From Lama glama (taxonomy: Eukaryota), in assembly GCA_028534125.1 (NCBI GenBank), contig CM052816.1:31684001-31748000 (forward strand): DNA of 64,000 nucleotides, written 5' to 3'. Positions 13,340 through 26,045 of the stretch are shown piece by piece. Numbering within the stretch: the first letter of the stretch is position 1; each line of letters begins with the position of its first letter. The notes under the pieces are model-generated. The model was not told the DNA's origin. It ran no database searches and saw only the letters and a list, made by a program, of their open reading frames with translations. The translations under genes were made by a program, and so were the position numbers.

Positions 13340-14235
13340 ATCAAGCCAACTCCTGCTCTTGCACACTGGGTCCCATTTTCATTTGTTAGCTCAAGAACAC
13401 AGTTCCTCCAGCTGTCTCCTTTCTTGCCTGCCTCATCCTTTTTCTCCTCCAATCCTTGTATCCCTTCAGCTACCGCTCCAGCTCTTGGATTCTCTTTATA
13501 ACAAAAGTCCTCGAGAGAGTTGTTTATAGTCTTTCCATTAAGTCTGTCTTGAACCTATTCCAATTATGCTTTATTCTTTCAATCTCCCACTGAAACTGCT
13601 CTTGTTAAGGTCACTAATGACTTTCCAGTTGTTAAATCTAGTAGTTGATTCATGGTCCCCATCCTACCCCATCCTACGTGAACTACCAATAGTCATATCT
13701 AATCACAGTCTCCTCCTTAAAACACCGTATCCTCTTGCCCTTTGGGATGCCATACTCTCCTTTTGCTCAAGAGCTCTTTTTTCTCTGTCTCCTTTACTAG
13801 ATTCCCCATACCTCTGGATTTCTAAAAAGTGGAGTCCCTGAGAGTAATTCCTCAGAACAATTCTCTTTCTACATCCTCTTCCTAGGTGGTCTCATCTAAT
13901 CCTAAAGTTTCAAATATCAACAATACAATTAGTAATCATGAATTTATATATCCATCCTTGACCACTGAACCTCAATGTGATAATTGCCAAATAAGCATCT
14001 CCAGCTTGGATGTCCAACCCTGTCCCCACCTTGCTGCCCAACTTGTTTTTCCTGTGATTTTCCCCATCTCAGTAAATAAAAACCCTGTTCCTCCTGTTGG
14101 AGTCAAGTCTTACATCTTAGCATCATCTTGCATTCCATTCTTTCTCTTACATTTTAATAGCCAACTAATAAGCAAAACCTATTGACTCTACCTTCAAAGT
14201 ACATTCCAAATCTGACCACATCTCACCAGCATCCA
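13340..14235 (+). mobile_element. L2 fragment
   Basis: ccactgaaactgctcttgttaaggtcactaatgac, ttccccatctcagtaaat and ctctaccttcaaagtacattccaaatctgaccac are typical L2 blocks. Confidence 0.8.
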
Positions 14236-14689
14236 TCTGAAATTTATTAGCCATAAACACCAGAGCCAAATAAGCCACAGTTCAATAAACACCTTCCCCA
14301 AACAGGAAACATCCTCCACACTGCGGATGGTGCACAGGAAATGTCGATGATACCACCACAATGGAGGGAGCACAGCACTAGGAATCCAGAGACTTAGGGC
14401 TCCACTCTGACAAATGCATGTGACTCTGGGACAACCCACCTCACTTCATCTGTTTCATATCTCCAGCATTGTACTTATTCACTTACCACATTGCGTTCTG
14501 TTTATACATGGGTCTCTGGTAAACAAATGGTCTTTTAAGGGCATGGACCACTCTGATGGGACTGAAGTTGGTGCCTAGTAAGTGTTTGTTGGACTAGAAG
14601 TTGTTTTTGAACGTTTTAGTTGGATTGGGTCAGAAGCCTATTGAATTAGGACTAGATAATAAGAAACTGAAACAAAGATCAGTTAAAGG

Positions 14690-15620
14690 AATATTTCGGT
14701 AATCCAGATCAAGATGACAGGGAGCCAATGCAAATGGAGGTTGGAACTCATATAAAAGAACTAATTGTGTACATAAGTTTCTGTTAGAGGTGACAAGAAC
14801 TGGATGAATAATTCACGTATAAGGCTAGCTTGGGAAAATATGTGGAAGGGATTGCCATTAGCTAAGATAATGAAGATAGAAGGATGAGGTTTAGGGATAA
14901 AGACTGGAAAATTAAGATCAATTTTAGGTGTGTTTTATTAAAATGCTTTTGAGCATTGAGTTGAAAATGCTCAATAGTAAGTTGACAAAAAAAAAATGTG
15001 AAGCTGGGAGTTTGGGATGTGGTGATTGGTGGTATCAATGGTAACTAACACCAAGGTTGATGAAACTGGCTACAGAGTGTGTAAAGAAAGAATAAATGGT
15101 AGTCCTAAACTCTAAATTATACAGAACACAACTCAAGGGGCAAGTGGGGAAGGTGATACAGCAGAGAAAGAAAAGGTATGCGCAGTTGGCAAGAAGGAAG
15201 CTAACACAGTATCAGAAACCAATGGGGACAAACCTTTAAGATGGATGGATTAGTTATTACCACCAAAACCCACAGAGATGAAATAAGATGAGGACCAAGG
15301 GAAGACAACTGATAATTTTTGCATAGCCATTTCAGTTCTGTAGCCAAGAGAGAACTCAGATGGCAAAGCACCGAATGGAGGAGTGAGTTTAAAAGAGCTG
15401 CACCCTTCCAGAAGTTTCATGATGTAGGAAGGTGAGAGAAGACATTAAACAGAGAGGCAAGCTCAGGAAGCTTTTTTTTTTTTTGAGATGAGAACAACTT
15501 GAGCACATTTTTAGAGTCCAAAGAAAAGGGAATCACAATAGTTAAATATTGAACAGGGGCAAAAACAGTACGCAAAATTCCAAAGGAGACAAGCTCTGAA
15601 GTACAGACTGAAAAGACAGA
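14690..15620 (-). mobile_element. L2 fragment
   Basis: Purine-rich antisense L2 blocks (gtaatccagatcaagatga, gccattagctaagat, agataagatgaggacc-like). Confidence 0.6.
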
Positions 15621-15639
15621 GAAAAGAGAAGGGACACAT

Positions 15640-16790
15640 CATTCATTCACTCATTCATTCATACCTTCAAAAAACATTTACTGATGACAAATGCTGGAGA
15701 GGCTGTGGTGAAAAGGGAACCCTCCTTTACTGCTGGTGGGAATGCAGTTTGGTGCAGCCACTGTGGAAAACAGTATGGAGATTCCTCAAAAGACTAGGAA
15801 TAGACTTACCATATGACCCAGGAATCCCACTTCTGGGGATCTACCCAGAAGGAACCCTACTTCAAAATGACACCTGCACCCCAATGTTCATAGCAGCACT
15901 ATTTACAATAGCCAAGCCATGGAAACAGCCTAAATGTCCATCAACAGATGACTGGATGAAGAAGATGTGGTGTATTTATATAATGGAATACTATTCAGCC
16001 ATAAAAACCGACAACATAACGCCATTTGTAGCAACATAGATGTTCCTGGAGAATGTCATTCTAAGTGATGTAAGCCAGAAAGAAAAAGAAAAATACCATA
16101 TGAGGTCGTTCATATGTGGAATCTAAAAAAAACAAAACAAAACATAACATAAATACAAAACAGAAACAGACTCATAGACATAGAATATAAACTTGTGGTT
16201 GCCAAGGAGGTGGGGGATGGGAAGGCACAGACTGGGATTTCAAAATGTAGAAAAGATAAACAAGATTATATTGTATAGCACAGGGAAATATATACAAGAT
16301 CTTGTGGTAGCTCACAGCAAAAAATGTGACAATGAATATATGTATGTTCATGTATAACTGAAAAATTGTGCTCTACACTGGAATTTGACACAACACTGTA
16401 AAATGACTATAACTCAATAAAAAATGTTTATATATAAAAAAAATTTACTGAACATCTACTACATGCCAGGCACTGTTCAAGATGCTTGAGATATATCCAT
16501 GAGGAAAACAGACAAAGAAGCTGCTCTTGTGAAGCTTACATCCTAGGAGATTGATAGGAAGGGGAACACAACATAACAAATAACACAATAAGTATATAAG
16601 TTCAGGTTTGTTAGAAGGTAACAAGTTTCAAAGAGTAAAAATAGAGCATTTTTGTGGGGAGGTAAGGGAGTCTCAAAGAGTCAAGATGGGAGACTGGGTT
16701 GTAATTTTTCATAGGATTGTCCAATTAGAGATTATTGAAAAAGTAAGACTCGAAGGAAATGAGGGGCTTAGCTGTGTGTTATATGGACAA
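15640..16790 (-). mobile_element. L2 3' end, interrupted by the L1 at 15684-16442
   Basis: cattcattcactcattcattc...atttactga | acatctactacatgccaggcactgttc...gaagcttacatcctag rejoins into a canonical antisense L2 tail. Confidence 0.85.
15684..16442 (+). mobile_element. Young 5'-truncated camelid-type L1 with TSD
   Basis: ORF2 C-terminus (ORF 15749-16039), 3'UTR with aataaa, TSD core atttactga at 15676-15684 and 16443-16451. Confidence 0.95.
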
Positions 16791-16951
16791 AAGGAAAGGA
16801 TGGACATATACATAGATATATATGCAGAAAGAGAGAGAAAATTTGTGTTTTTAGTATCAGAAAAAGAAGGAAAAATTAGCTGCCAAAGGAAAAAATATTG
16901 GTGCAATTTAGCTATATGTTTATTGGTAGGAGGAGCCAGGAAAAGGAATTA

Positions 16952-17265
16952 CAGTCAGATTTTTGTATCCATGGGTTCAACTTGGATTCAACCAAGTGCA
17001 GATCAAAAAAAAAAAATTTTTTTTTAATTCCAGAAAGTTCCAAGAAGCAAAACTTGAATTTGTCCCATGCTGGGAACTATTTATATAGCATTTACATTGT
17101 ATTAGGTATTACAAGTAATCTAGAGAAGATTTAAAGTATATGGAAGGATTATGTAGCTTATAAGCAAATACCGCATAATTTTGTATAAGGAACATGAGCA
17201 TCCGCAGATTTTGGCATCTGTAGTAGTTCTGGAATCAATCCCTTGTGGATACTGAGAGACAACTG
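16952..17265 (-). mobile_element. TcMar-Tigger MITE, MER2B-like
   Basis: cagtc...aactg termini with TA/CA flanks; agtaatctagagaagatttaaagtata and gagcatccgcagattttgg diagnostic blocks. Confidence 0.85.
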
Positions 17266-19260
17266 CAGTCTCTTTCTGGTCCTCTGGGCAGCTGTGCTGG
17301 TATCTCAGGTCTTAGTGTATTATACAGCTGTTAGCACCGGGGTCCATGAAAGGTCACAGGGGCCCCACAATTAATTAATAGGATCTGCTTTCATCAGTCA
17401 CATGTAGCTTGATCTCATTATTACAAAATAGCCAAGCAAAGAACTTCTGTTATTACTCACAGCTTTCTTTACTGACCCATTTGGTCAGCACAGCAATAAT
17501 TTATCATTAAACTTAATTTACTCAAACTGTTTTGGCACATAGTAAATAAGGCCTCTAGATTCATCTATGAAGCAAATTTAATTAAAATTACACACCACCT
17601 CTGGAATTCTTTCAACTAAAGACAGCAACACCGTGAAGGAAAAGTCTGTCTAGATGGATAGGATATTTCTGAGATTTCCCCACACCAAAAAGGATGACTG
17701 CATACTTTATGACCAACTTGCTCACATGTGCTGTATTTTCAAGGGCCAGTGCATCGTTCTAGCCACAGTGATGCACATTCAAAACTTCCCACAATGAAGC
17801 CCTTAAAAGATGAAAATTCAGATTGCCACAAAAACCACTGCAGAAGCTGAGAGCAATTTCCACTATGAAAAGTGATGGACAAAGACTGAGAAAAGCTCAC
17901 CTGATTTACCACCTGTCTGAAAGAAGGTAAAAAGATACTGTGTGCCTCCTCTACCAACTGACTCCTCACCCAGAGACTCTAACTTAGAAAATGATTTTTC
18001 AACAGGGTCTGTCCATTCTTAACTGGTATTGCTCAAGTAAGTAGATCATGGCCCCTTTGTTGTTCCTCTGTATCCATTCAGAGGCACTAAATTGCCACAC
18101 CCAGCATTGGGGAGTGAGGGCAGGCATGCACTGACAGTGGCACAGTATAATCTAGGATGTGCAGACCCTTCTGAGAGGTGCTCTAGTTGGGCATGGAAAT
18201 TCCCTGGCAGAAAAAGCCCTGGCAGTGGTTAGCCCTGTAATTATAGCTTCTCATGGACTGCATCTGTTCAGAGTGTCAGACAGCCAAGAATGGGGAGCAA
18301 GGGAAGTTCCCACCTCAGAACCGCCAAGTTGCATTAGACAAATGTCTGCTCAACATTAGGAATTTGGCTGGATGCTGTCCATGTCAATCTCTCCTCTAAA
18401 GAGTAGACTTGACAAGGAGATTTGACTGGTACCCAAGTTGAAGATGAATAAAGCCAAGGGAATTCCACACGTCTAGTCTTTAGACAAAGATAGAGTCTAG
18501 ATATTTTTTGCCTCATTTGCATAAGAGCAAGAAAAACACTTTGGACTTATGAGAATATGTACAGAATAAGGGGAAAGGAACATTATCCTAAAGATTCAGA
18601 GGAATAGGGATGAATGAAATTATTTGTTGAAGAGAAATTGCTATTTTTGGAAAGCATGTGTCCCTAAAGGACCTGAGAAGCTATTGTCCATATAAAGAAA
18701 ATCATAAGAAGTAAAAGGCAAGGTGAAAATACAACAGGATGAGTTGTAAAGATATTAAATTAAGCTAAAAAGGAGCTCAAGCATTGCAGAAGAGTATAAA
18801 GAAAGGAAAATTTCACTAGTTGAAGTAAAATCCTCACTAAAAGAAGGAAAAGCAGAAGTACTGTTCCAGAATTTGAAATCATAAATGTGGGGGGCAAAAT
18901 CTTGGGGAATGAGTCGAAGTTCAGGAATGGAATTACCCCTCCAGTGGCAGAGAGAGCACTGAAATAGGAAATTTAATGGAAATTAGAAGAGAGAGCAAAA
19001 TCCAGGTCATATATCTAAACTCTACACTTCCCCATATGCTCGTATTTATACCCATAGCTTCCAGCACCAGAAAAGTAAAAGGGAAGAGACACCTTACTCT
19101 CAGAGTATGATCTGGAGGGAAAGGGCAAACACTCAGATTAAGTATGATGAATGCTAAGAAGAATCAGCTCACATCATGCTACAGTATAGGAAGATCTGGA
19201 CAGAACCACTCAAACCTAAGCAAGAGGGAAAGCAGTGACACGGCATGTCTGCCAATCTTC

Positions 19261-19733
19261 TGTGCTGGGTAGCTTCCATTTGCCTTCTCTACCTTTCTCC
19301 TGCCTTCTCAATGCTCTGGAAGACTGACGTTTATCACATTTGCCTTTGGCTTCCTATTGGAAGGCACTTGCAAATGATTAAAGGAAAGGAAAAGATTAAG
19401 CTTGGTATATTTATTCCCTGTCTCTCATCTGACCTCTTACGACCATGGAGACGCTTGACTCTCTAAGAAGTCCACAGTTTCCATCAGGCAGCCTTTTCTG
19501 CAGCTCTCTTCTCTGAGCTATGGGCTTCTCTGTGCTCCCATCTCTTTGCCCCTTCAGGCCTGGGAGTGGTCATGGCTCCCTGCTGTTCCTGGCCAAGGGA
19601 TGCTACACTAGCTTTTGTTGTTTGGGCATCCTGAAATCCTGTTTATCTTTGTAAACAGTTTCTTTATGAGACATTCTTCAGTCTTCCCAGTCTGCATGCA
19701 CTATCCATTTCCTGCCAAGGTCCTGAATGAAAC
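19261..19733 (+). mobile_element. ERVL solo LTR, LTR33-like
   Basis: tgtgctgggtagcttccatttgcc start, ggtatatttattccc, ccccttcaggcctgggagtggt, end ttcctgccaaggtcctgaatgaaaca. Confidence 0.8.
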
Positions 19734-19744
19734 ACATACTGTAT

Positions 19745-20830
19745 CAAATAAAATAAAGAGAAACAAAATGCAAACGCGAGAGAAATAGCTTAGAACTGAA
19801 GAAAATATAACCCACGTAACAGAAGATTCCTTGTATATTTTCACAATGGATTGTGGAAGTCTTTAGTTCAATGAATAAGATCTCAAAAGCAAGACTATCG
19901 CATGTAGAATGAAATTTACAAGGAGATTGCAGAAAGAAGGCAACAAATTGATAACAATACAATGAACGGCTGTCATTCATTAGCGACGTAATAATTAATT
20001 TTAAATAGCAAAAAGTAGAACGAATAGAGGTGAGAAGCAAATTAATGACATTGAGAGTCACAATAAATACAAAAGGAAGAATACAGACTAAGGCAGTTAG
20101 ATAAGAAACAAGGTATGTAGAGACAAATACAATAATATGAAGATAATCAAGGTCTCTGAAGTAAAAGACCCCAAGTGATGCTGAATATATTCTTAAATAT
20201 TTAGGAAGAACTGAACCAGTAAATAAAAATGGCATTTTTTAAATTAAATGGATCAATATCAAGATTTCTGGGAAATGAACTTTAATGATAAAAAAGAATT
20301 TTTTAGGCAACCAGACAAAGAGAGAAGAGTCTGGACAAGGGTGAGATATCATGCCAGCCTCAGTTTTCCCCACAGCAATAATCAGTGTCAGAAAATCAGA
20401 AGACAGATCCAATGACTAAGGAGGAGCGACTGGAATGAACAACATCCTCCTCAGACAAGTTATAACTCAATTATGAAGGCAAGAGGAAGACACACTCAAA
20501 TGGGAAAACATCCAAGGACAGTAATGCCTACAAGAACCTTTTGAAAAATTGTCCTGTAGTGAAATGCAGCCAAACAAGAAAAAAAAAAAGAAAGAAAGAA
20601 AGTATAGAGCAAGCAAGAAGTTGTGACAGAAGATCTGGTGGAAAGCACTGAATCCATTTAAACAAACAACAAAGCCTGAAGGAATTGTGATTGAAAAAAA
20701 AAAACTGCAAATGTTACAAATGCTAAATGAATAAAATTAAACAACAGAAAACAGAGGTGACAGGAGGAGGAAAAGCAATTATAAGAATGCTAATCGATTC
20801 GTAGTTTATAGCTGGGAGCTGATAAACACT
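19745..20830 (+). mobile_element. HAL1 / L1 ORF1-like ancient fragment
   Basis: A-rich decayed ORF1-like sequence with gccagcctcagttttccccacagcaa and gacaagttataactcaattatgaaggcaa blocks. Confidence 0.55.
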
Positions 20831-21984
20831 AAAATGGAGATATGTCTATTATGTTTTCAATTTTTTTATGTTAAATTCATAAATTCTTTTTAATTAATAA
20901 TTTTAATTGAAGTGCAGTTCCATGTGATGATTTTACGAAGAGTAGAGGAGCCTGCAATGAAAGAAGCAAGGGGATTTTTTCCTTCATGCACTGAAAAAAC
21001 AGTGAAAATTTATGCTATGAATTTGGCTCTACCAGCCCTAAAATCATATGTAGTAGACACAATCTGGCATTAAACTAGCATATTCCAGATTTCCCCAGAA
21101 ATGGTCAAAACCAATGACTAACAAACTCCCTGAACAAATAAAATTTATTTTCTGTAAGAAGAGATCTTTTTATTACTGTATCAATAACATCTTTCATGAT
21201 ATTGGCACTGCTTATATTTATTCTATTTAATTTTCAAAATGGCCCCATGAATTAGGTTAACCTGCATTTTACACAAGGATAAACTGATGCTTGGGAGGTT
21301 AAATTATGTATCTAATAACATACGACTAATAGACGGCCAGGTGGAATCTTCAATCTTACTCTTCTGGCAGTCTCAGGCTTTTTCCACTATTTGCACTGTG
21401 CTCCACTGCACACCAGGCTTTATTACTAAGCTATCTGCTTGCAAAATGGGGCCATTATCTCAGGCACTAGGTCTCCAGGGGGAACTCAGTTCATTGTGGG
21501 GAGACTTCAATCTTCTACTTCTACTACAAGCAGCTACAGGGACTTTTCCTGGTCAAGAGAGTAACTGTGAGTCTCATGGTTCTCCCAGGATTCTGGATGG
21601 TGTGCTTTTTTTCATGCGGATAAGAGATATTGGCAAGTGAGCAGGAACTGTATCACTAAAAGGGGAAGACAGGTAAGAGTCGTCTGAAAAGCTGACTATA
21701 TGTAATTCAGCCTCAACACAGGGAGAGATAATTTCCTTAAAGCTTGTGGTGCTCAATTATGAGGTGTTTCCACAAAGAAAAACTACACTCTACTTCCAAC
21801 ACAAATCGTTTTGCTTAGAGTCAGACCAAACTCAAGTCATTTCCAGGGATTTGAGAGTCATAGGGGTACACCAGCACCACCCAAGGGTACCTGTGGGTTT
21901 TCTAACCAACTTCTTTAACACTTTAAGACTCTACCAGCCTCTCTGGAGTCTATATTCAAAAAAGATGGTAGTAACATAACACAG

Positions 21985-22250
21985 TAGTTGTTTTGGTGCT
22001 CAGCCTTTCCATATGAACCGACAGACAACATTTTACGGCAAACACCTGTGACTCTCAGACTGAAGGTTTTCTCTAGCAGGGGGAGTACGCTCAGACTATA
22101 GATGGGGCCAACTGGAAGCATGAGAGCAGACGCCAGGGACTCTCCTTCATCAAATGACAGATTGGTTTGGTAGATAAATACCAAGCTTCTTTGTCTCTAG
22201 AGCAGAGCAGTTCTGATGTACGCTCTATCCTGTCTTTCACAGATCCTCAC
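21985..22250 (+). mobile_element. ERVL LTR fragment, LTR16-like
   Basis: cacctgtgactctc...tgaaggttttctct, ggccaactggaag and ataaataccaagcttc blocks. Confidence 0.6.
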
Positions 22251-22544
22251 ATTTGTAGGCATCCAAGTTACAGAGCTGTGCTACTCCCAGGTTAAGTGTG
22301 GCCAACGCTTCCTCGAGCTCAATGGAGGAAAGCAAAGCCTCACTCTAGGTATCACTAAACAACAATTCATAAGCAGAGAAAGTTGGCAATAGACACAGAC
22401 ATTGCTGGCCCAGGAAATCACAAGGGAACAAAGTGAGCAGGGATATACAGAAAAGGCTAGCAGCTCCTAGAAGAAGAACCAGATCCGAGCAGACTCAGGC
22501 CAGAGGTTCTCAGGTCTGGGAACTGAGTTCTGAATCTGAGTTCT

Positions 22545-24420
22545 CTATTCTCTTCTCTCGGTCTATTTGTCTATCAACACCGTAATATTTTATTGCTATA
22601 ACTTTGTAGTAATAATATCTTGTAGGCCTAGTTCCTCCTAATAGTTTTCTTCTTTTTAATAACTAAAAGTAATTTGCATATGAATTTTAGAGTAGGTTTA
22701 TCAAATTCCTCAATAGCTCCAGCTGAAATTTAAATTGATAGCTCTGAATTTATAGAGTATTTGAGAGGAAATTGACATTTATATTCATTTGTCTTATCAA
22801 ATACAGAGTATGTCTTCATACTTTAGCTTCTTCATTAGAGTTTTTAAAATTTTTGCAAAGATGTCTTTTTTAGTTAATTTCAGTACACTTATAATTTTGA
22901 TACTATTATGAATGGAGTAACTTTAATATATTTTCTCATGGGTATTTTGGCAACATTTCTTTTATTTTTATAGGAAGATCCTACATTCAGCAACCTTACC
23001 AAACTCTCTTCTTATTTTATGTTGATCTTTTAGATGTTCTCAGTACATAATAATATCATTTGTGAATAATAAAAGTTTAAATTTATTCTTCAAATTTTCT
23101 TCAAATTTCTTTATATTTCACTTACGAATAACATGAATATCATACATAAAATACTAGCTACTTAATAGAATCCTACTGTTAATTAAAAATAGTAATATAC
23201 TATGATCAGGTTGGGTTTATTTCAGGAATGCAAAAAAGAGTTGAACTCCAGCAAGTTCAACACTACAAGGCAGACCATAATCATAACTTCAGTCTAGCAT
23301 AATAGCAGAGGTCCTTGCAAATTAGATAAGGAAAGAAAGAAATGAGATGTATATTCGATTTTTATTAGAAACTGCCAAATTGTATTTCAAAGTGGTTGTA
23401 CCACTTTTTTACTCCAACCAACTGAAGGAGAATTCCTGTTGCTTCACAGCCTCATCTACACTTAGCAATATCAACCTTTTCAACTTCAGTCATTCTACTG
23501 AGTATGAAGTAGTACCTTGTGGTTTTAATTTGCATTTCCAATTTGATTAATTATCTTGGGCACCTTTCCATGAGCTTATTTTCTTTTGTGAAATTTCTGT
23601 TGAGAGTCTCTTGCCCATTTTTAAATTAAGTTTTTCATATTTTTAATTATTGATTTAGATTTTAATTTATTGATTTCATTATTGATTTAGATTTCATAGT
23701 TTAATTATTGATTTAATTATTGATTTATATATTCTGGATATAAGTCCTTTGTCATATGTGTACAGTGAATATTTACTCCCAGTCTGACTCACTTTCTGAT
23801 TTTCTTAACAGCATTTTTTTTTGATAAGCACAAGTATAATTTTTATTAAGTCTAATTTACAATTTATTGTATTGTCAGTGTTTTTTGTGTCCTATGTAAG
23901 AAAAACTTTCCTATACCAAGGGCATGAAGATGTTACCGAATTTTTTTCTTTTAAAAATGTGGTAGTCTTGGCTTTTATGTTTAGGTCTATGATCAATCTC
24001 AAATTAATTTTTTGCAAATTGTATATGGTCTTTTCCAATACTCAATGTTTAATTAGTTGTTAGTTGTTCTGTCACCATTTGTTGAAAAGACTATTCCTTC
24101 TCCATTGAAATAATTTACTGCCTCTGTCAAAAAATAATTGTCCAAATAATAATAATAATTGTCCATGCATGTGGTTGTAGCATTCATTCTCTTTGTCATA
24201 CAGTATTCTATTTTCCTTTTAAGTATAATGGACATTTGGTTGGTTTCCAGTTTATGGCTACCATAAATAGTGCTGCTGTGCACTTTCTAATATGTATCTT
24301 TTGGTGAACATATGTACACATTTCTGTTGATAACCAATAGAACAAACACATCATAGGGAATGCATATGTTCCACGTTAGTGCATACTGAAAAATTTTCAA
24401 AGTATTTGTATCATATCTTT
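22545..24420 (-). mobile_element. Cluster of ancient L1 fragments, mostly antisense, with a sense piece at about 23150-23345
   Basis: Antisense ORF2 blocks (atatgaattttagag, ggttttaatttgcatttcc, caccatttgttgaaaagact, atggacatttgg). Confidence 0.8.
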
Positions 24421-25279
24421 GTGTATTGGTTATCTTGTCATTTCAGCAATATAGGTGGGTGTATGTTTAAACATAAAATTCCAGATTTATTTCTGTTTAG
24501 GTATGTTATACATATATCATATTGAGCATTGGTAAAGCTGAAAATACAAATGCACATACCATGGTAGATTTTTACTGCAATGATTAATGAATGGTGGTGA
24601 AAGGGATAATGAATGCATGGTGAATGTAATTTGTAAACACACAAAACTTGTATCTTTTGATCTATTAGTCAAATCTGAAAGTACTGAGCATCTGTCGATG
24701 CCCATACAGAATAATGACAGTAATATGCTAGACAATATCCCCATCTGGTCTCATCCCTTCCCAAACCTCATTCCTTGACACATGTGTACTCAACACAATA
24801 AACCAAAAAGAATGCAGTGAATACATTGTTTCTTGGCATACAAAATTTCACATTTTGAATGGAAAGACATTTTTCCAGAAAAGAGGCAGCTTTTACTATA
24901 AGAGAAAGCAAAACAAACAAGAGGAACAAAAAAATCTTTCCCTTGTGATATGGGGTATTAATCCATGAAGATCTGTCTTTATCATCCAGGGCTAGTCCAG
25001 AGTAGAGTGCACAGTTAATCCTTATTCTGGGATGACAAGAAGCACTGCCGGTAAGACTAGCTTCTCAGGCATTCAGTGCATAACCAGAGCAAGTATTTAC
25101 TTGCTTTTTAAGGTGCCATGAATCCAACACTTAAACTAAGATTCTAATTATAAATCTAGTTCTCACAAACTGCAATCACTATTTCATAATTCAGAAAATG
25201 TATTACAGCACAATAAGGCAACTCTATGGATTCATCAAAGGTATAAATAGGCTTGTTTCTGTTTTAGTTTTCATTTAAT

Positions 25280-25840
25280 TCTTGAGTCCTTGGCCTTCTT
25301 CTCTTCTCTGTCTACTCTCTTGAAGAAATTTTGTCTCTTACCATGGCTTTAATTAGTATCTATACTATCTATATGAAGATAAATACCAGGTTCCTATCCA
25401 GCCCAAACTTTACACATCTGCTCTATGCCTACCCATGAAAATGCCTATTCCATATTTCTACTTCCAAACTCACTGCATGAAAAACCAAACTTACCATCTT
25501 TCCCTTCAAATATGCTCCCTTTTCAGAGTTTCCTATTTATTAAATGGCACCACCATCCACCTACTTTTTCCTGCTAATATTATGGGTGTCATTCTTGACA
25601 ATTTTAATCCTGTTAGGACTAAGTCCTAAGCATCTCTTAATTAATCTCATCTCTCCATATTCTCAGTCATTGCCAAACTTCAAGGCACCATCATTTTTCA
25701 TTTAGAATATCACAATATATCCCTGACAGGTCTACCTGCTCGTACCAGATACTTCCTCCACATTTTGGCTAGAACAATCTCTTAAAAACAGAACTGATGG
25801 TATCTTTTGTCTCTTCAAATTTCTTAACTGCATCCCATTG
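25280..25840 (+). mobile_element. L2 fragment
   Basis: ccatggctttaatt, taaatggcaccaccatccac and caaggcaccatcatt blocks. Confidence 0.7.
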
Positions 25841-25854
25841 TTCTTGGGAGGAAG

Positions 25855-26045
25855 TATAGTTTTGGATCAGAAACCTGGCTCTACCACTCTGCAGACATGT
25901 AACTTTGAACAAGTCAGTTAACTTTTCTGACGCAAGGTTCCTTCTCTGTAAAACATGAAAAAAATAGTAGCCTCTATCTCATGAGAGTGTGGTAAGAAAT
26001 AAATAAGTTAATGTTCATCAAGTGCTCAGAACAATGGCTAGCTCC
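25855..26045 (+). mobile_element. MIR SINE
   Basis: cctggctctaccact...gtaactttgaacaagtcagttaac...tctgtaaaacatg MIR core. Confidence 0.75.

Noticed and set aside
19744..20235. 163-aa hydrophobic minus-strand ORF
   Set aside because: Antisense of A-rich HAL1/L1-like sequence; the hydrophobicity is compositional.
23640..23730. Five imperfect ttattgattt repeats
   Set aside because: Local slippage inside an old AT-rich L1; not an array with spacers.
24481..24506. Plus-strand tttatttctgtttag|gtatgt recursive-like motif
   Set aside because: Short tract with another AG 16 nt upstream and a weaker donor; it shows such motifs can arise by chance.
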